Assembly: GCF_006345805.1 (NCBI RefSeq)
Contig: NC_043010.1
Span: 26,350,001-26,414,000 of the forward strand
From: Octopus sinensis
Lineage: Eukaryota
DNA length: 64,000 nucleotides
Reading direction: 5' to 3'
Below the pieces are notes generated by a model. That model was not told the origin of the DNA. It ran no database searches and was given only the letters and a program-made list of their open reading frames with translations. This document shows, in pieces, positions 36,300 through 47,600 of the stretch (position 1 is the stretch's first letter; each line of letters opens with the position of its first letter). The position numbers and the translations under genes were made by a program.

Positions 36300-37640
36300 T
36301 TTCTAGATTTTATGTTCATCTTACCGAGATGTTATGATTTTTAAGTCTCTTCGTATTGAGTGCATGAAGCAATTATTTGTACTCATTCAATATTTTGGTT
36401 TGATGTTTAAATACCAATGCCCTTCCCTAGGTACAAGGACCATATAAAACATTTGATTGTGTAAAAGCTGGTGCCTTATCTAAAGGTTGCCACTTCATGA
36501 TATGCTGTGTACAGCTAATTTTGAAATAGCAGCAATGTGCTTTCTTTTTGGTTCAATCTACTTTGTGTTATGGCATCGAGTTTGTTTTTAAATTAGTTAG
36601 CAGTCAGATGGAACCAATGCCGTTCTGGTTAATGTTAGATGTGCCAACGGTTATTTATTGATTTTATTTCTCCAGATAGTTTCCTTTCTCCTCGAGAGTG
36701 GTAATTGCATTTCCATGTTCTACAGGTTCGAAATATTCATTATTTTCTTATTAACGGATATTAGGCCTTGAGTAGCTTATTTTAAGAGAGTTTCGGTAGA
36801 AATTTTTCTTTACTCATGTCCAGAAAGAACGAATTTTTACAAGAAAAAGAATGTTTTTACATGTGTGTGTTTATATTCAAATATGGTGGATTATATAACG
36901 TGGCCTTTCTTTTGAAATTTCTCCTACTGGGTCGTGTATATCTCTGACATTTAATGATTTCTTTGAAACCTTAAGATACCGATGTATAGCCGTACATATT
37001 CGTTACTCAGATGAATGATACTTCGACCTAAAAGATTATCAAAATTGTTTTAGTGGAATAATTTTTAAGAATGCGAAATGGGTGCTTTGAATCGTTTTTC
37101 ATGCATAAGAAAGATTTTTGGCTTTAATATACTGCTGAAATCTTTCATGGTAAAGTTAGCAAGTTACTTTTAAGAAATTTACTATTTTGAAGTTATTGTT
37201 TTACTTTAATCTTGAGGTTTTGCTTGTTCAATAGTTTGGTTAGGTCTTCCCTCAATTTTTTTCTGCCAATTGTCTGTTTTTATTGTTGGAGATTAATAAA
37301 CCACTGACTACGTAAATTCCTCTATTTATAGAGTGGGACCTACTCTATAAATTAAGTTCAAAATATGTATTCCAATAAAGGTCTTGAATTCCGCAGAATC
37401 TCTTTGAAATTTCCATACAGGATCTTTTTTTCTTTTTTCACCAAAAAGATCTGCGTTATATGTTTTTGTATCCATTTACTGTCGCTAAAAGAGAAACGAA
37501 CATTTTTCTTGAATAAATTCACCACCAAACCGTTCCAGTAAGCACACGCATATCTTGATATTTCTTTTTATATAAAGTTTTATCATTAAACTGAAGGATC
37601 ACTTCAGTTCTTTTTAACTGAGAATATATTTATCAATTTT
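36300..37640 (-). pseudogene. Highly degenerate Penelope-like element ORF (RT and GIY-YIG)
   Basis: Minus-strand motifs in the expected order: GNFK.DSAE (cf. MGSFDGAE), GIYVVSGL (cf. GLYRDDGL), SKHPFRILKN, KRKATLYNPPY, SYSRPNI, KWQPLDKAPAF...LNE. Many stops and frameshifts. Confidence 0.6.
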
Positions 37641-37824
37641 TACTAGGAAATGGTTTACAGTGACTTTGAAGTTCCGACTAACCAGCCGCCCTTATACTAT
37701 CGACGGGTGGAAACTCGAAACTTCAAAATCACTGTCAGCCTTTTTCTTTTTCATATACACATGTATTATGTATGTATGTATGTATGTATGTATGTATGTA
37801 TGTATGTATGTATGTATGTATGTA

Positions 37825-38438
37825 TAAAGGAGAACAACCTCCATATAAACCAAAAAAGAGGTATAAGGACTTGCTGAAGGCTTCCTTAGAGATGCTTGCA
37901 TCTTTCCTGACACATGGGAAGGCATAGCTATTGATCGTAGCAGGTGGAGAAGGATTGTGCATGAGGGGACAGCCACGATTGAGAAATCTCAAGTGGCACA
38001 TGAGAAAGTAAGGAGGGATGTCCGGAAGGGCATCGCTGTTACACTTCCAGAAGGGAAGGGTCTTCCTTTGATTCTGACATGCAATGTCTGTGCAAGATCC
38101 TACCTCAGTAAAGCTGGACTCATGAGTCATCTTCGTAGTCATAAAACGATACAGATGAGTGACACTGGCCATTGGTGGTGGTGTAACACACCATACTAAT
38201 CATATCTGTTGGGCATGTGGAAGAGAGTGTAATTCGGCAGGAGGACTTAAACGACATGCAAAGGTACATGAAGCCCAGTTACAACTACAGCCGGCAATTA
38301 CCAGTAAAGGTTTTAGCTGCCAATTTTGTACAAGACATTGTAGATCTTTAGCTGGGCTAAAAAGTCACATTCGATCACAGCACCAGTAACAGTTAAGCTT
38401 CGTGCAATGGCCATACTCGATAACGAGGGGGCAGCCAT

Positions 38439-38440
<2 letters not shown>
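37825..38440 (+). mobile_element. RTE-type LINE 3' end with three C-terminal C2H2-like fingers
   Basis: YKDLLKASL...[19 protein letters not shown]...CNVCARSYLSKAGLMSH, then CWACGREC...KRH and CQFCTRHC...KSH; short 3' UTR followed by a microsatellite. Confidence 0.75.
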
Positions 38441-38479
<39 letters not shown>

Positions 38480-38582
38480 ATGTATGTATGTATGTATGTA
38501 TGTACGTATGTATGTATATACGTATGTATGTATGTATGTATGTACGTATGTATGTATGTATGTATGTATGTGTGTATGTATG

Positions 38583-38614
<32 letters not shown>

Positions 38615-38689
38615 TGTATGTGTGTGCGAGTTTGTACATGTGTGTGTTTATGCGTGTGTATATATACATACACGTGTATGTATGTGCAT

Positions 38690-38811
38690 GTGTAAGAGTG
38701 TAGGCTCGAAACGTAATACTTGCTCACCTTCACGAGTGTCAAACTAATACACCTGCTTGTTGTTTATACACACCTGTCTTCGCCTTTTGTTTTTTCAGTA
38801 AATTTCAACTA

Positions 38812-38815
<4 letters not shown>
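38690..38815 (+). mobile_element. Probable Penelope-type terminal-repeat 3' fragment with a hammerhead 3' half
   Basis: GAG tgtagg CTC GAAA CG TA, then about 90 bp ending in (TA)n; no CTGANGA upstream. Confidence 0.4.
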
Positions 38816-38868
<53 letters not shown>

Positions 38869-39204
38869 GTATATATAATAACTTTCAGGTAGTAAAAAAT
38901 TTTTACTACCAATGGCCTAGCGTGTAGAAAACACCCCTCCCGCCCCACCCCAACTAACCACCATAAACATAGACCTCTTTCTGAAGCAAATTCAAAGCAA
39001 CTGTATTTCACAAATAAAACTTAACCTAACGAAGTCATTATTTTGCTTTTACATGAATCGCTACCCCATTATCGCCCCACTTTTCTTCAACGCCCCTTTC
39101 GAACTTTTCACTGCCCCCAAGAGGGCAATATTGACCACTGCGGGAACCGCTAGTTTAACGTGTTTGTTAAACAATCAATCGGTTGTTTGTCAAAGTTCTT
39201 TTGT

Positions 39205-39603
39205 CGCTATTCACAAAGTCATAGGAAGATGAGAGTAGAGAGGTAAGTGTTGTCTGGTAGCAAGTTTATTGAAAAGTAGGTGAATGTCGGAAAAATGGCC
39301 AGTATGAACAGACCAATTCTGAGGATACACCTGTAAGAAAAAAAAGTAATATAAAAGGAGAAAAGGGCTCTCTACCCCCTTTTTGACCAGGCTCCCGTGG
39401 TTTTTATGGGTTTTTCCACGAGTAACCTTTCGAAGCGCCTCCCCCTATTGGAAGTTTTACTTTGTTATATATTTTCGTTGTTAACTTGCTTTTTACACAG
39501 ACTTTTTCAAACGGACAAAACCCTTTTGTAACTTTCGTCTTGTATTTTGTCCTTACATGTTTTATCTGATTTTTGTTAGCCCTTGTGGCCAATAAACGAA
39601 TTA

Positions 39604-39640
<37 letters not shown>
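39205..39640 (+). mobile_element. Tx1-clade 3' fragment
   Basis: KMRVER*VLSGSKFIEK*VNVGKMASMN...; 3' UTR ends AATAAACGAATT followed by (ATT)n. Confidence 0.7.
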
Positions 39641-39642
<2 letters not shown>

Positions 39643-39716
39643 GGTGTGATGACAACAAAATTTGTTCCAACACACGAATTTACATCAAGAATCTTGCAAA
39701 CCAAATACAATAAACG

Positions 39717-39762
<46 letters not shown>

Positions 39763-39862
39763 AGAATTCAATGTATATGTGCTTCAGAATGAAGCGTTAG
39801 CCGTATGCAGAGCAGTATTAAGAAAATGAGGTGACAAACGAATAAGCGATTATCTTATGAAC

Positions 39863-39921
39863 TTCACCGGAGCCTCGAATATGAAGTGCAAATTGCACTT
39901 CATATTTGAGGCTTCGATGAA
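39863..39921. repeat. 29-bp-arm palindrome (1-nt loop)
   Basis: ttcaccggagcctcgaatatgaagtgcaa-a-ttgcacttcatatttgaggcttcgatgaa: 26 Watson-Crick pairs, 2 G.T and 1 mismatch. Confidence 0.95.
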
Positions 39922-40035
39922 ACCATAAGGTGTTACTCAGCCACTCAACATTGAGTCCACTTTAGGAGAAACAGCTTTGTTTTACTTGGAAGCAATGTTG
40001 CACTATTCAATAATTTTTTCTTTGAAAACTTTTTC

Positions 40036-40453
40036 GGCAATCTTTCGTCTCTAGTAGACCTTTCTGTCGATTTCCGTAAAAAACTTCTTTTTTTTTTTAC
40101 ATATAGGCTTGCGGGAACTTTTGAAGTAATGAGAGCGAAATACACTAAGAGAAAGCGATTGTATGACGAGGGAAGTTCTTTTGAAGTTACCGTGCATGGA
40201 AAGCATTGATGTACATGTGTGTGTGTTTGATGGGGTGTGGGAGACAGACAGTATGTTGTGTAAGTGAAGTGCTTCTGTTAGTGTGTGTGAAGAGACAGAG
40301 TAATGTGTGAAAGAGAGAGATAACTGAAATTTTTTACTCGGTGTATGTGTATATGTATGTATATTACTTCAAAAGTTCCCGCAAGCCCATATGTAAATAA
40401 AAAAATTTTTTTACGGAAATCGACGGAAAGGTCTACTAGAGACGAAAGATCGC
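40036..40453. repeat. About 95-bp inverted repeat enclosing about 230 bp
   Basis: 40036-40130 is approximately the reverse complement of 40362-40453. Confidence 0.85.
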
Positions 40454-40734
40454 CACCTTTTCACTGTTCTCGGTCTGTTAACGGCTACGCATTTGAAACG
40501 AGTATATACTGGTATTGATGTAGCGACATTTGAGATCTTGCCGATGAGAACTAATCAAATTTACGTTAACAAACGTAATTTGGAAAGTTCGAAATCTAGG
40601 TCCTAGATTATCCACACCTGGGTTATACATTTATTTAGTTCTTCCTACAGGTAAGATGAAATTTTTTATGCTTGCCGCCCCATAATATTTTGCCAGTATC
40701 TATCTATCTATCTATCTATGTATCTATCTATCTA

Positions 40735-40791
<57 letters not shown>

Positions 40792-40860
40792 ATGTATGTA
40801 TGTATGTATGTATGTATGTATGTATGTATGTATGTATGTATGTATGTATGTATGTATACA

Positions 40861-41133
40861 GAGAGAGATGTACTTGCATAGCGAGTGACTTGATCTGGGA
40901 TCGTGTGCTGGAACGAAAACAATTGCAGCGTAGAAGGTGTTTATAAGCCATTTAAGAAACACACAAAACCTGTTCACTGACAATACTTCGTGAGCACGAA
41001 GTCTTGTCAGTGAACAGGTCGCGGTCTCAAAGCGACGAAAATATTTTGGCAAATTGAATTTAAATGTTGAAGTGAATCTAACGATCTTGTGTGTTTCTTA
41101 AATGGCTTATAACACCTTCCACGCTGCAATTGT
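40861..41133 (+). mobile_element. Penelope/retrozyme-type element, family R3: inverted pair of terminal repeats
   Basis: 40919-40966 is inverted at 41087-41133; central hairpin at 40968-41019; the sense copy carries the variant hammerhead and ends on (TA)n. Confidence 0.65.
41004..41052 (+). ncRNA. Minimal type I hammerhead-like motif with G3:C8 core swap
   Basis: ttgtca GTGAACA G GTCGC ggtctcaaa GCGAC GAAA ATAT T T tggcaa: stem I (5 WC and 1 G.U), stem II 5 bp, palindromic stem III AATATT, UUU triplet. Confidence 0.6.
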
Positions 41134-41134
41134 A

Positions 41135-41194
<60 letters not shown>

Positions 41195-41196
<2 letters not shown>

Positions 41197-41464
41197 CGTG
41201 ACGTATATTTGCCATTTCAATATGGCTAAACCCTAAGGGTAGATGCTACTGTAGTTTTTAGCCCCAGGAGGACAGACTCCTCCAGCTGGCCATAGACACA
41301 CTTTCTGTGCCCTATCAGTATTTGCAAAGGGAAGTCATCCTTCCCGTCTTCAACTTATGATACACACGGACTCTAGTTTCGAGGTATTGACCTCTCGTCA
41401 GCGTGTGACAATCATAGTTGTCGGCGAGAATTAGATTTCCTTCACAAATACTTATACTTTTTCC
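41195..41464 (-). mobile_element. Penelope/retrozyme-type element, family R4, between two (TA)n tracts
   Basis: Homologous to 333-651; contains the canonical hammerhead; no ORF. Confidence 0.8.
41363..41407 (-). ncRNA. Canonical minimal type I hammerhead ribozyme motif
   Basis: cacacg CTGACGA GAGG tcaata CCTC GAAA CT ag AG TC cgtgtg: all core nucleotides present, perfect 6-bp stem I, 4-bp stem II, GUC triplet, minimal stem III. Confidence 0.88.
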
Positions 41465-41689
41465 ATATATATATATATATATACACATATATACATATAT
41501 ACATATATATATATACATATATACACATATATACATATATACATATATATATATACATATATACACATATATACATATATACATATATATATATATACAT
41601 ATATACACATATATATATATATACATATATACACATATATATATACATATATACATACATACATACATATATATATATATACAAATATG

Positions 41690-41737
<48 letters not shown>

Positions 41738-41950
41738 AATATGCACACATATATATATATATATATATACAAATATGCACACATATATATATATATATAT
41801 ATACAAATATGCACACATATATATATATATATACAAATATGCACATATATATACATATACACACATACACATATATATATACATATATACACACATATAT
41901 ACACACACACGCATATATATATATATTATATATATATATATATATATAGT
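41465..41950. repeat. Compound (TA)n/(TACA) microsatellite
   Basis: Direct reading; source of the IY/YV pseudo-ORFs. Confidence 0.95.
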
Positions 41951-42109
41951 GAAGCTTTACTATAGCGTCGTAAATTTATCAACTGCTATTTGCCGTAAAT
42001 ATTGGTGCATTGTTCTACCACTATCTTATTTATACTTTAACTTGATAGTGATTTGTTTTACTGGGAAGCAATAGTACTTTATTGCACTATTTAATATATA
42101 TATATATGA

Positions 42110-42800
42110 TTTTGATTTTGATAGTTTCAGCTAATGAGCTGTGGCCATGCTGGGGCACCGCCATTTGGTTTGCTACACGATTTTACCTCACGGATGCTTT
42201 TTAGCAAACGCCATCTGATGCATGAGAGAGTTCGATGCAGCTGCCCTCATCTGCACCTCCTGCCGTGAAGTTGGTTCATCCGGGACACCTGACAGGAAGA
42301 GATCCAGTCCTACTTTAAAGACATCCGCATCTACACCATGCAGGTCCCTCAGGTTCTTCGGGAGGATATTGAAGAGCTGTGGGTCTCTGAAGCCCAGGCT
42401 GTCACAGTATCTTGTCCTACATCTTGATGGCAAATTTGGAGTCCTTGGTACTACGCAGTGGCGTCCGGTTCTGGCATTTGTGTGACTTTCGATGCCAAAG
42501 TTTGGGACAAGTCCTCCCAGGATCTTCCAGATATATATTATGGCATATCTTTCTCGCCTACGCTCCAGGGAATAGAGCTTTAATATCTTGAGTCTTTCCC
42601 AGTAGCTCATATGCTGCACAGAGGCTATCTTCTTCGTGTGGCTTCGTTGGATCGCCTCAAGTTCTGTGATCAACTTGACACTGGATGGTGACCATAGCTG
42701 AGAGCAATAGTCAAAGTGGCTTAGGACAAGTGTCTTCCAGAGGACCATCATGGTTTCTTGTTCTCTTGTTCTAAAGGTTCTAAGAATCCATCCAGCCAAT
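42110..42800 (-). mobile_element. CR1/L2-group LINE 3' fragment
   Basis: ORF 42188-42800: LWKTLVLSHFDYCSQLWSP...LEAIQR...SYWERLKILKLYSLERRRER...LFNILP...FKVGLDLFL; 3' tail ggcggtgccccagcatggccacagc. Confidence 0.85.
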
Positions 42801-42832
42801 ATATATATATATATATATTCAAAATACATTCA

Positions 42833-42903
<71 letters not shown>

Positions 42904-43229
42904 AATACATTCAAAATACCATTCAAAATACAACAATCAAGGCACTCCCAAATTTTTCCACCCCCTCTCCTCTTCAGCCTTCTTCTTCTACCCTACCAAG
43001 AATTCACAACGACCTCGAACACACAAGTGCAAACAAGGGAGTCAGAGAAAGGCAGAATGCCACTTATATTTGAACACTACTATACAAATGTTCCTTTAAA
43101 AAAACTTTTCTTCTAATTTTTCTAAATTTAATTATTTAATCGTTACAGTTGAAAAGGTCTCAAAATGACCGAAACCGGTACTAAAATGTTCTTTATAGAA
43201 CTATTTTAGCATTTTCTATTTTGACTTGT

Positions 43230-43298
<69 letters not shown>

Positions 43299-43898
43299 AC
43301 TATTCTATCCTATTACTCTGTCACTCTCTCTCTCATTCCTCCTTCCTTGCTCACGTGGCTCCCATGTGACTATCGGCAAACTTTCTTTCTTCTAACTTGT
43401 GTTTCTTTTTCTCCGTTGTAGCTGGAACAAGGATGATATGTTCTTGTCTGTCTCCTATCCAAGCTTGATTTACACATTCGCCACCACAACCTTGTTTAGG
43501 CTTAGCAGCCCTTCCTGTTTGTTCTCACTCAGTTTTTCTCTTCTGTCATGTCTTTCCCAACATCCCCCGCTTTCCGGCACTGTTTGAATTTAAAAAAAGT
43601 ATGTAATTAAAAAGACTAAACTCTCCTACCCTTCTCTCTCATTTCCTTTTCTCGTTTTGCTTCTTTCTACAAATCTTTTTCTATAGCTTTACTCTTCTTT
43701 CGTCTACATATCGCTTTTAACTTTTTGTTTTTAGTATCGCATTCCGTGTATAAGTATATGTGTGTTTATGGTTGTATGCGTAGATCTGTATGTTAGTGCA
43801 TCAAATGTGTGTATGTGTATTGCGTTGGTCAAGGAACGTAAGTGTGTATCCGTTTCGCAGTTTATTTTTATTTTTCCCAATTTTCTTTAAGCCATTTC

Positions 43899-44316
43899 AG
43901 ATCTTTTTTTTTTTTTTTGAACGGCAGTTTTTTTAAATAATTTCCACGTAACTAAACACTTTTAAACTTCGTATACTGGTAGAATGTGTTTATAAAACAT
44001 CTTTTTCTCTTGGCTTTATTGAGAAAAGTCTATAGTTTTTTAAGATATTTGTTGTTGTTTTTTTTTCTGCAATTTCAACCAATCAATGACGTCTATTGAG
44101 GTGAAAAACATTCTGTGCCGTATGAATATGTCCCTCGTTTAAGAAACAAATTGAGTTTATTTACTTTTCTGAAGAAAAAAAGATACCCTTCCCCCACCCC
44201 TAACCCTAACCCTAAAACAGATTGAAATGCAATAGATCGATAATAGGGTCATAATTATGGGTGACAATTTCATATGACACCGCTAGAAAAAACTGCCGTT
44301 CAAGCCGAAAAGATCC
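43899..44316. mobile_element. Second copy of the Merlin-like MITE (opposite orientation)
   Basis: Homologous to 28859-29288; TSD gccatttc at 43891-43898 and 44317-44324. Confidence 0.85.
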
Positions 44317-44373
44317 GCCATTTCTTTTCTTATCTTACCCTTATTTTTCTTTTGTATTATTAATAATTCTATT

Positions 44374-44416
<43 letters not shown>

Positions 44417-44633
44417 AATCTATCTCTCTCAATCTCGCTTTCTTTCTCTCCCTCTCTCAATCTCTCTCACTCTCTTTCACTTTCTCTCTCTCGCTCTCGC
44501 TCACACACATATATTCTCTTTCTTTCTCTCTTTCTCTCTTTCTCGCACACACACACACACACATTCTCTCTCTTTCCCCCTTTCGCACACACATAATCAC
44601 GCAAACATATTCGCTCTCTCTCTCTCTGTATCT

Positions 44634-44684
<51 letters not shown>

Positions 44685-44687
<3 letters not shown>

Positions 44688-47600
44688 CGGTCGTGTTATT
44701 CTTTGCTCCACAGTGAAAGATTGTTTTTGTGTTGAAAAGTTTGAAAATTTGCTGTTTTGGTCGTCGAGGCCACTTCAGTTCTGCTGTTGCAGCAGAGTTC
44801 TGCTGTTCTTTCCCCCTTGTTTCAAGGGGGAAGTGACGAAAAGACATGAATTTGCAACCAGTCTCCTCCGAGTCGGAGGAAAACGTTGAAAATTTGTTTG
44901 AAGGCATGAAGGAGAAAATGCAGGAGGAGGAAGGTAGGAGTAAAGAGACGTCTCACGCGAGCGTCACAAAAGCAGACGACAATATGTCTGGCGAAGCTAG
45001 TAAACGACAAGAAAAGGCAAAATTAAATTTTGCGAGTGCAGCAACTCGCCCCTGTGAAAACATCGTTATTAACAAGGAAGAATTAAAGAAATACCAAGGA
45101 CTACTAAAAAAAGAAGGTGATAATGTGAAGTTGTTCCCTCCCAGTGAATTAATTTACGCGACGGAGAGAAAAACTGTAATTTACAAGACTTATAATGTCA
45201 AAAATAAGAAAATTGACTTCGTACGGAGAGAAGCCATTGAAAAATGTTTGAGGCCGATATGGCAACAAACAAGTTATATAACAAGGGGTAGTCGCTTCGG
45301 CACGGGTAGAGTGCGTTTTCCCTAGCGAAGAAATAGCTAGGGAACATTCAACAAGAACGTTGAAGTCGGAAGAGGTAGTTCTTTTACCATTTTATTTAGG
45401 AATGAGAACTAGTAGAATAACGGTTACGGACATTCCGCCAGAAATAGATGTGGACTTCATAACAGCAGCGATTCTCTTAGGCAAAGAGGAAGAAATTGCC
45501 ATTCTTCAGTCTAAAAGATATCGCCCCACAACCTGGTATGGACAGGACTTAGAGCTTGTGATCCAAGCGAACCCCTCGGACTTGGAAAAATTGCCAAGCA
45601 CCCTCACCATTGGAGATACCACCTTGATGGTAATAGTCGAGGGAAGAAAACCGAGATGCTATAAATGTGGCGAAAAGGCCACATACGGTCGAGCTGCAAG
45701 AAGACAGCGAAAGAAAATACTACAGAGGCAAGCACGACGCCGAAAACAACTTCACCGCTAGAAATAGCAGCCACGTCGCGCACCCCAATTGCCGAAATTC
45801 AGCCGACAACGGGAGAAAACAACGACAACAACGATGACAACAACAACAACAACATCCAGGAGTGGGTCAACGTGGAAGCTTCAAAAAGAAGACGGAAACG
45901 GAAAAATCCACCCTCTTCGGATACACAGGACTATACTCTGACACAGACAAGCACACCCACAAATACAGTCGCAAACACACACGTAGCCAAAAAAACACAC
46001 ACACTGGAAAAAGCACACACAAACACTCACACACCTACCACAAGCACGCACACACCTACAGACATCCACGCTTCTACAAGCACACGCACACACCCACAAA
46101 CACACACACACAGCCCCCTCCACAATCACCTAACAAAAAAAAAAGAAACACCTTCACGGCGATAAATAAAAACAATAACCCATTAAGGGAAAAAATTAAT
46201 TTACTGAAATCGGCGAAAAAATATATCGCAACAGATATAAATAGTATTATATCCGAAAATGTAGAATTTTACACGATAGATAACGAGGATTATTTTGAAA
46301 TTAAAAAATCTTTTGCGGAGGACGTAGGCCCGTTACAGATGAACTTTTCAAGCCATCTGTACAAGCAATTCGCAAAAAAACTGACCTCGCAAAACACAAC
46401 ACTCACAGACAGAAAAGATGAGGGTGAAACTACACCCTCTCTTCTGTTAAAACAGTAAGTTTTAAACATTCGACTAAATTTTCACATTCTCGTTTAAACT
46501 CGGTTGAATAAATATTCGCGGCCTGGGGTCGTATTGGAAGCAAGGCTACCTCCTTAACGACCTTAGGTCGCATCGTTTGGATGTAGTGGTAATTACCGAA
46601 TCCAGACTGAGTGGACTGCAGGCTTTTTCGCCCCTTCTAAACGGCTACGAGAAATACATTTCTCCCTGTCGACCTGGAGGGGGAGGAGGAGTGGCAGTGC
46701 TGGTCAGGAAAAACCTGGATTTAGAGATTAGAACTGTCTTTATAGATCCGGAAGGCAGGTTGGTCGTTTTGGATGTGACGCACAGCAGTGGTAAAGTGTT
46801 CAGGCTGGTCGCTGTCTATGCTCTCCTGCGAAGGAAAAGCCGGGCAGAAAGAGTATTTCAAAAGCCTAGAGAATTTTCTTGGCACGTCGAACACGTTAGT
46901 ATTGCTAGGTGACTTCAACATAATTTTGCGATGCAAGCGTAGATTATGTTGGCTCAAGAAAGAATACGAGGGGATTACCTCACCTCAACGATATGCTAAG
47001 TCGTTTCGAATTGGCAGATAGATTCAGACTGGACCATCCAGACACTCCAGCGTGGACCTGGGCAAGAAACGACGGGTCGTCCAGATCTTATATCGATAGA
47101 ATCATAACTAGAAGAAAGATAAGAAAATACTTAGCTGTCCACAACCCATATCGTCAGCTACAGCGATCACAAATAGTGACCTGTACGCTCGACATAGATA
47201 GCATGTGTAGACGAGGTACCGGCTACTGGAAGCTAAACAAGTCACTATTGGACTGTGAAGCCTACAGGAATCGGATTAAACAATTAGTAATGAGGGCGTT
47301 AACCGGATCCATTATCAACAATAAATGGTGGTACGCTCTGAAAAGAGCCATCAAATTTGAGTCAATTAGGTTTAGCAAAGAACTAGCTAGTGCTAGAAAC
47401 AAAGTAGAAAAGGAACTAGTTAAGGCTATAGAGGAGGCAATGAGGTCAGGCTGTGCATCGAAAGTGTTAGCGGCGAGGTTAGCACTAGACCAACATCTCC
47501 AAGCTAAACATGAAGGGTGCATTATTAGGGCTAAGATCCGTGCAATGAGACAGGAAGGGATCAACGCAGCCGGATGGGCCCGGGTGGTAGAGGGCCAGCG

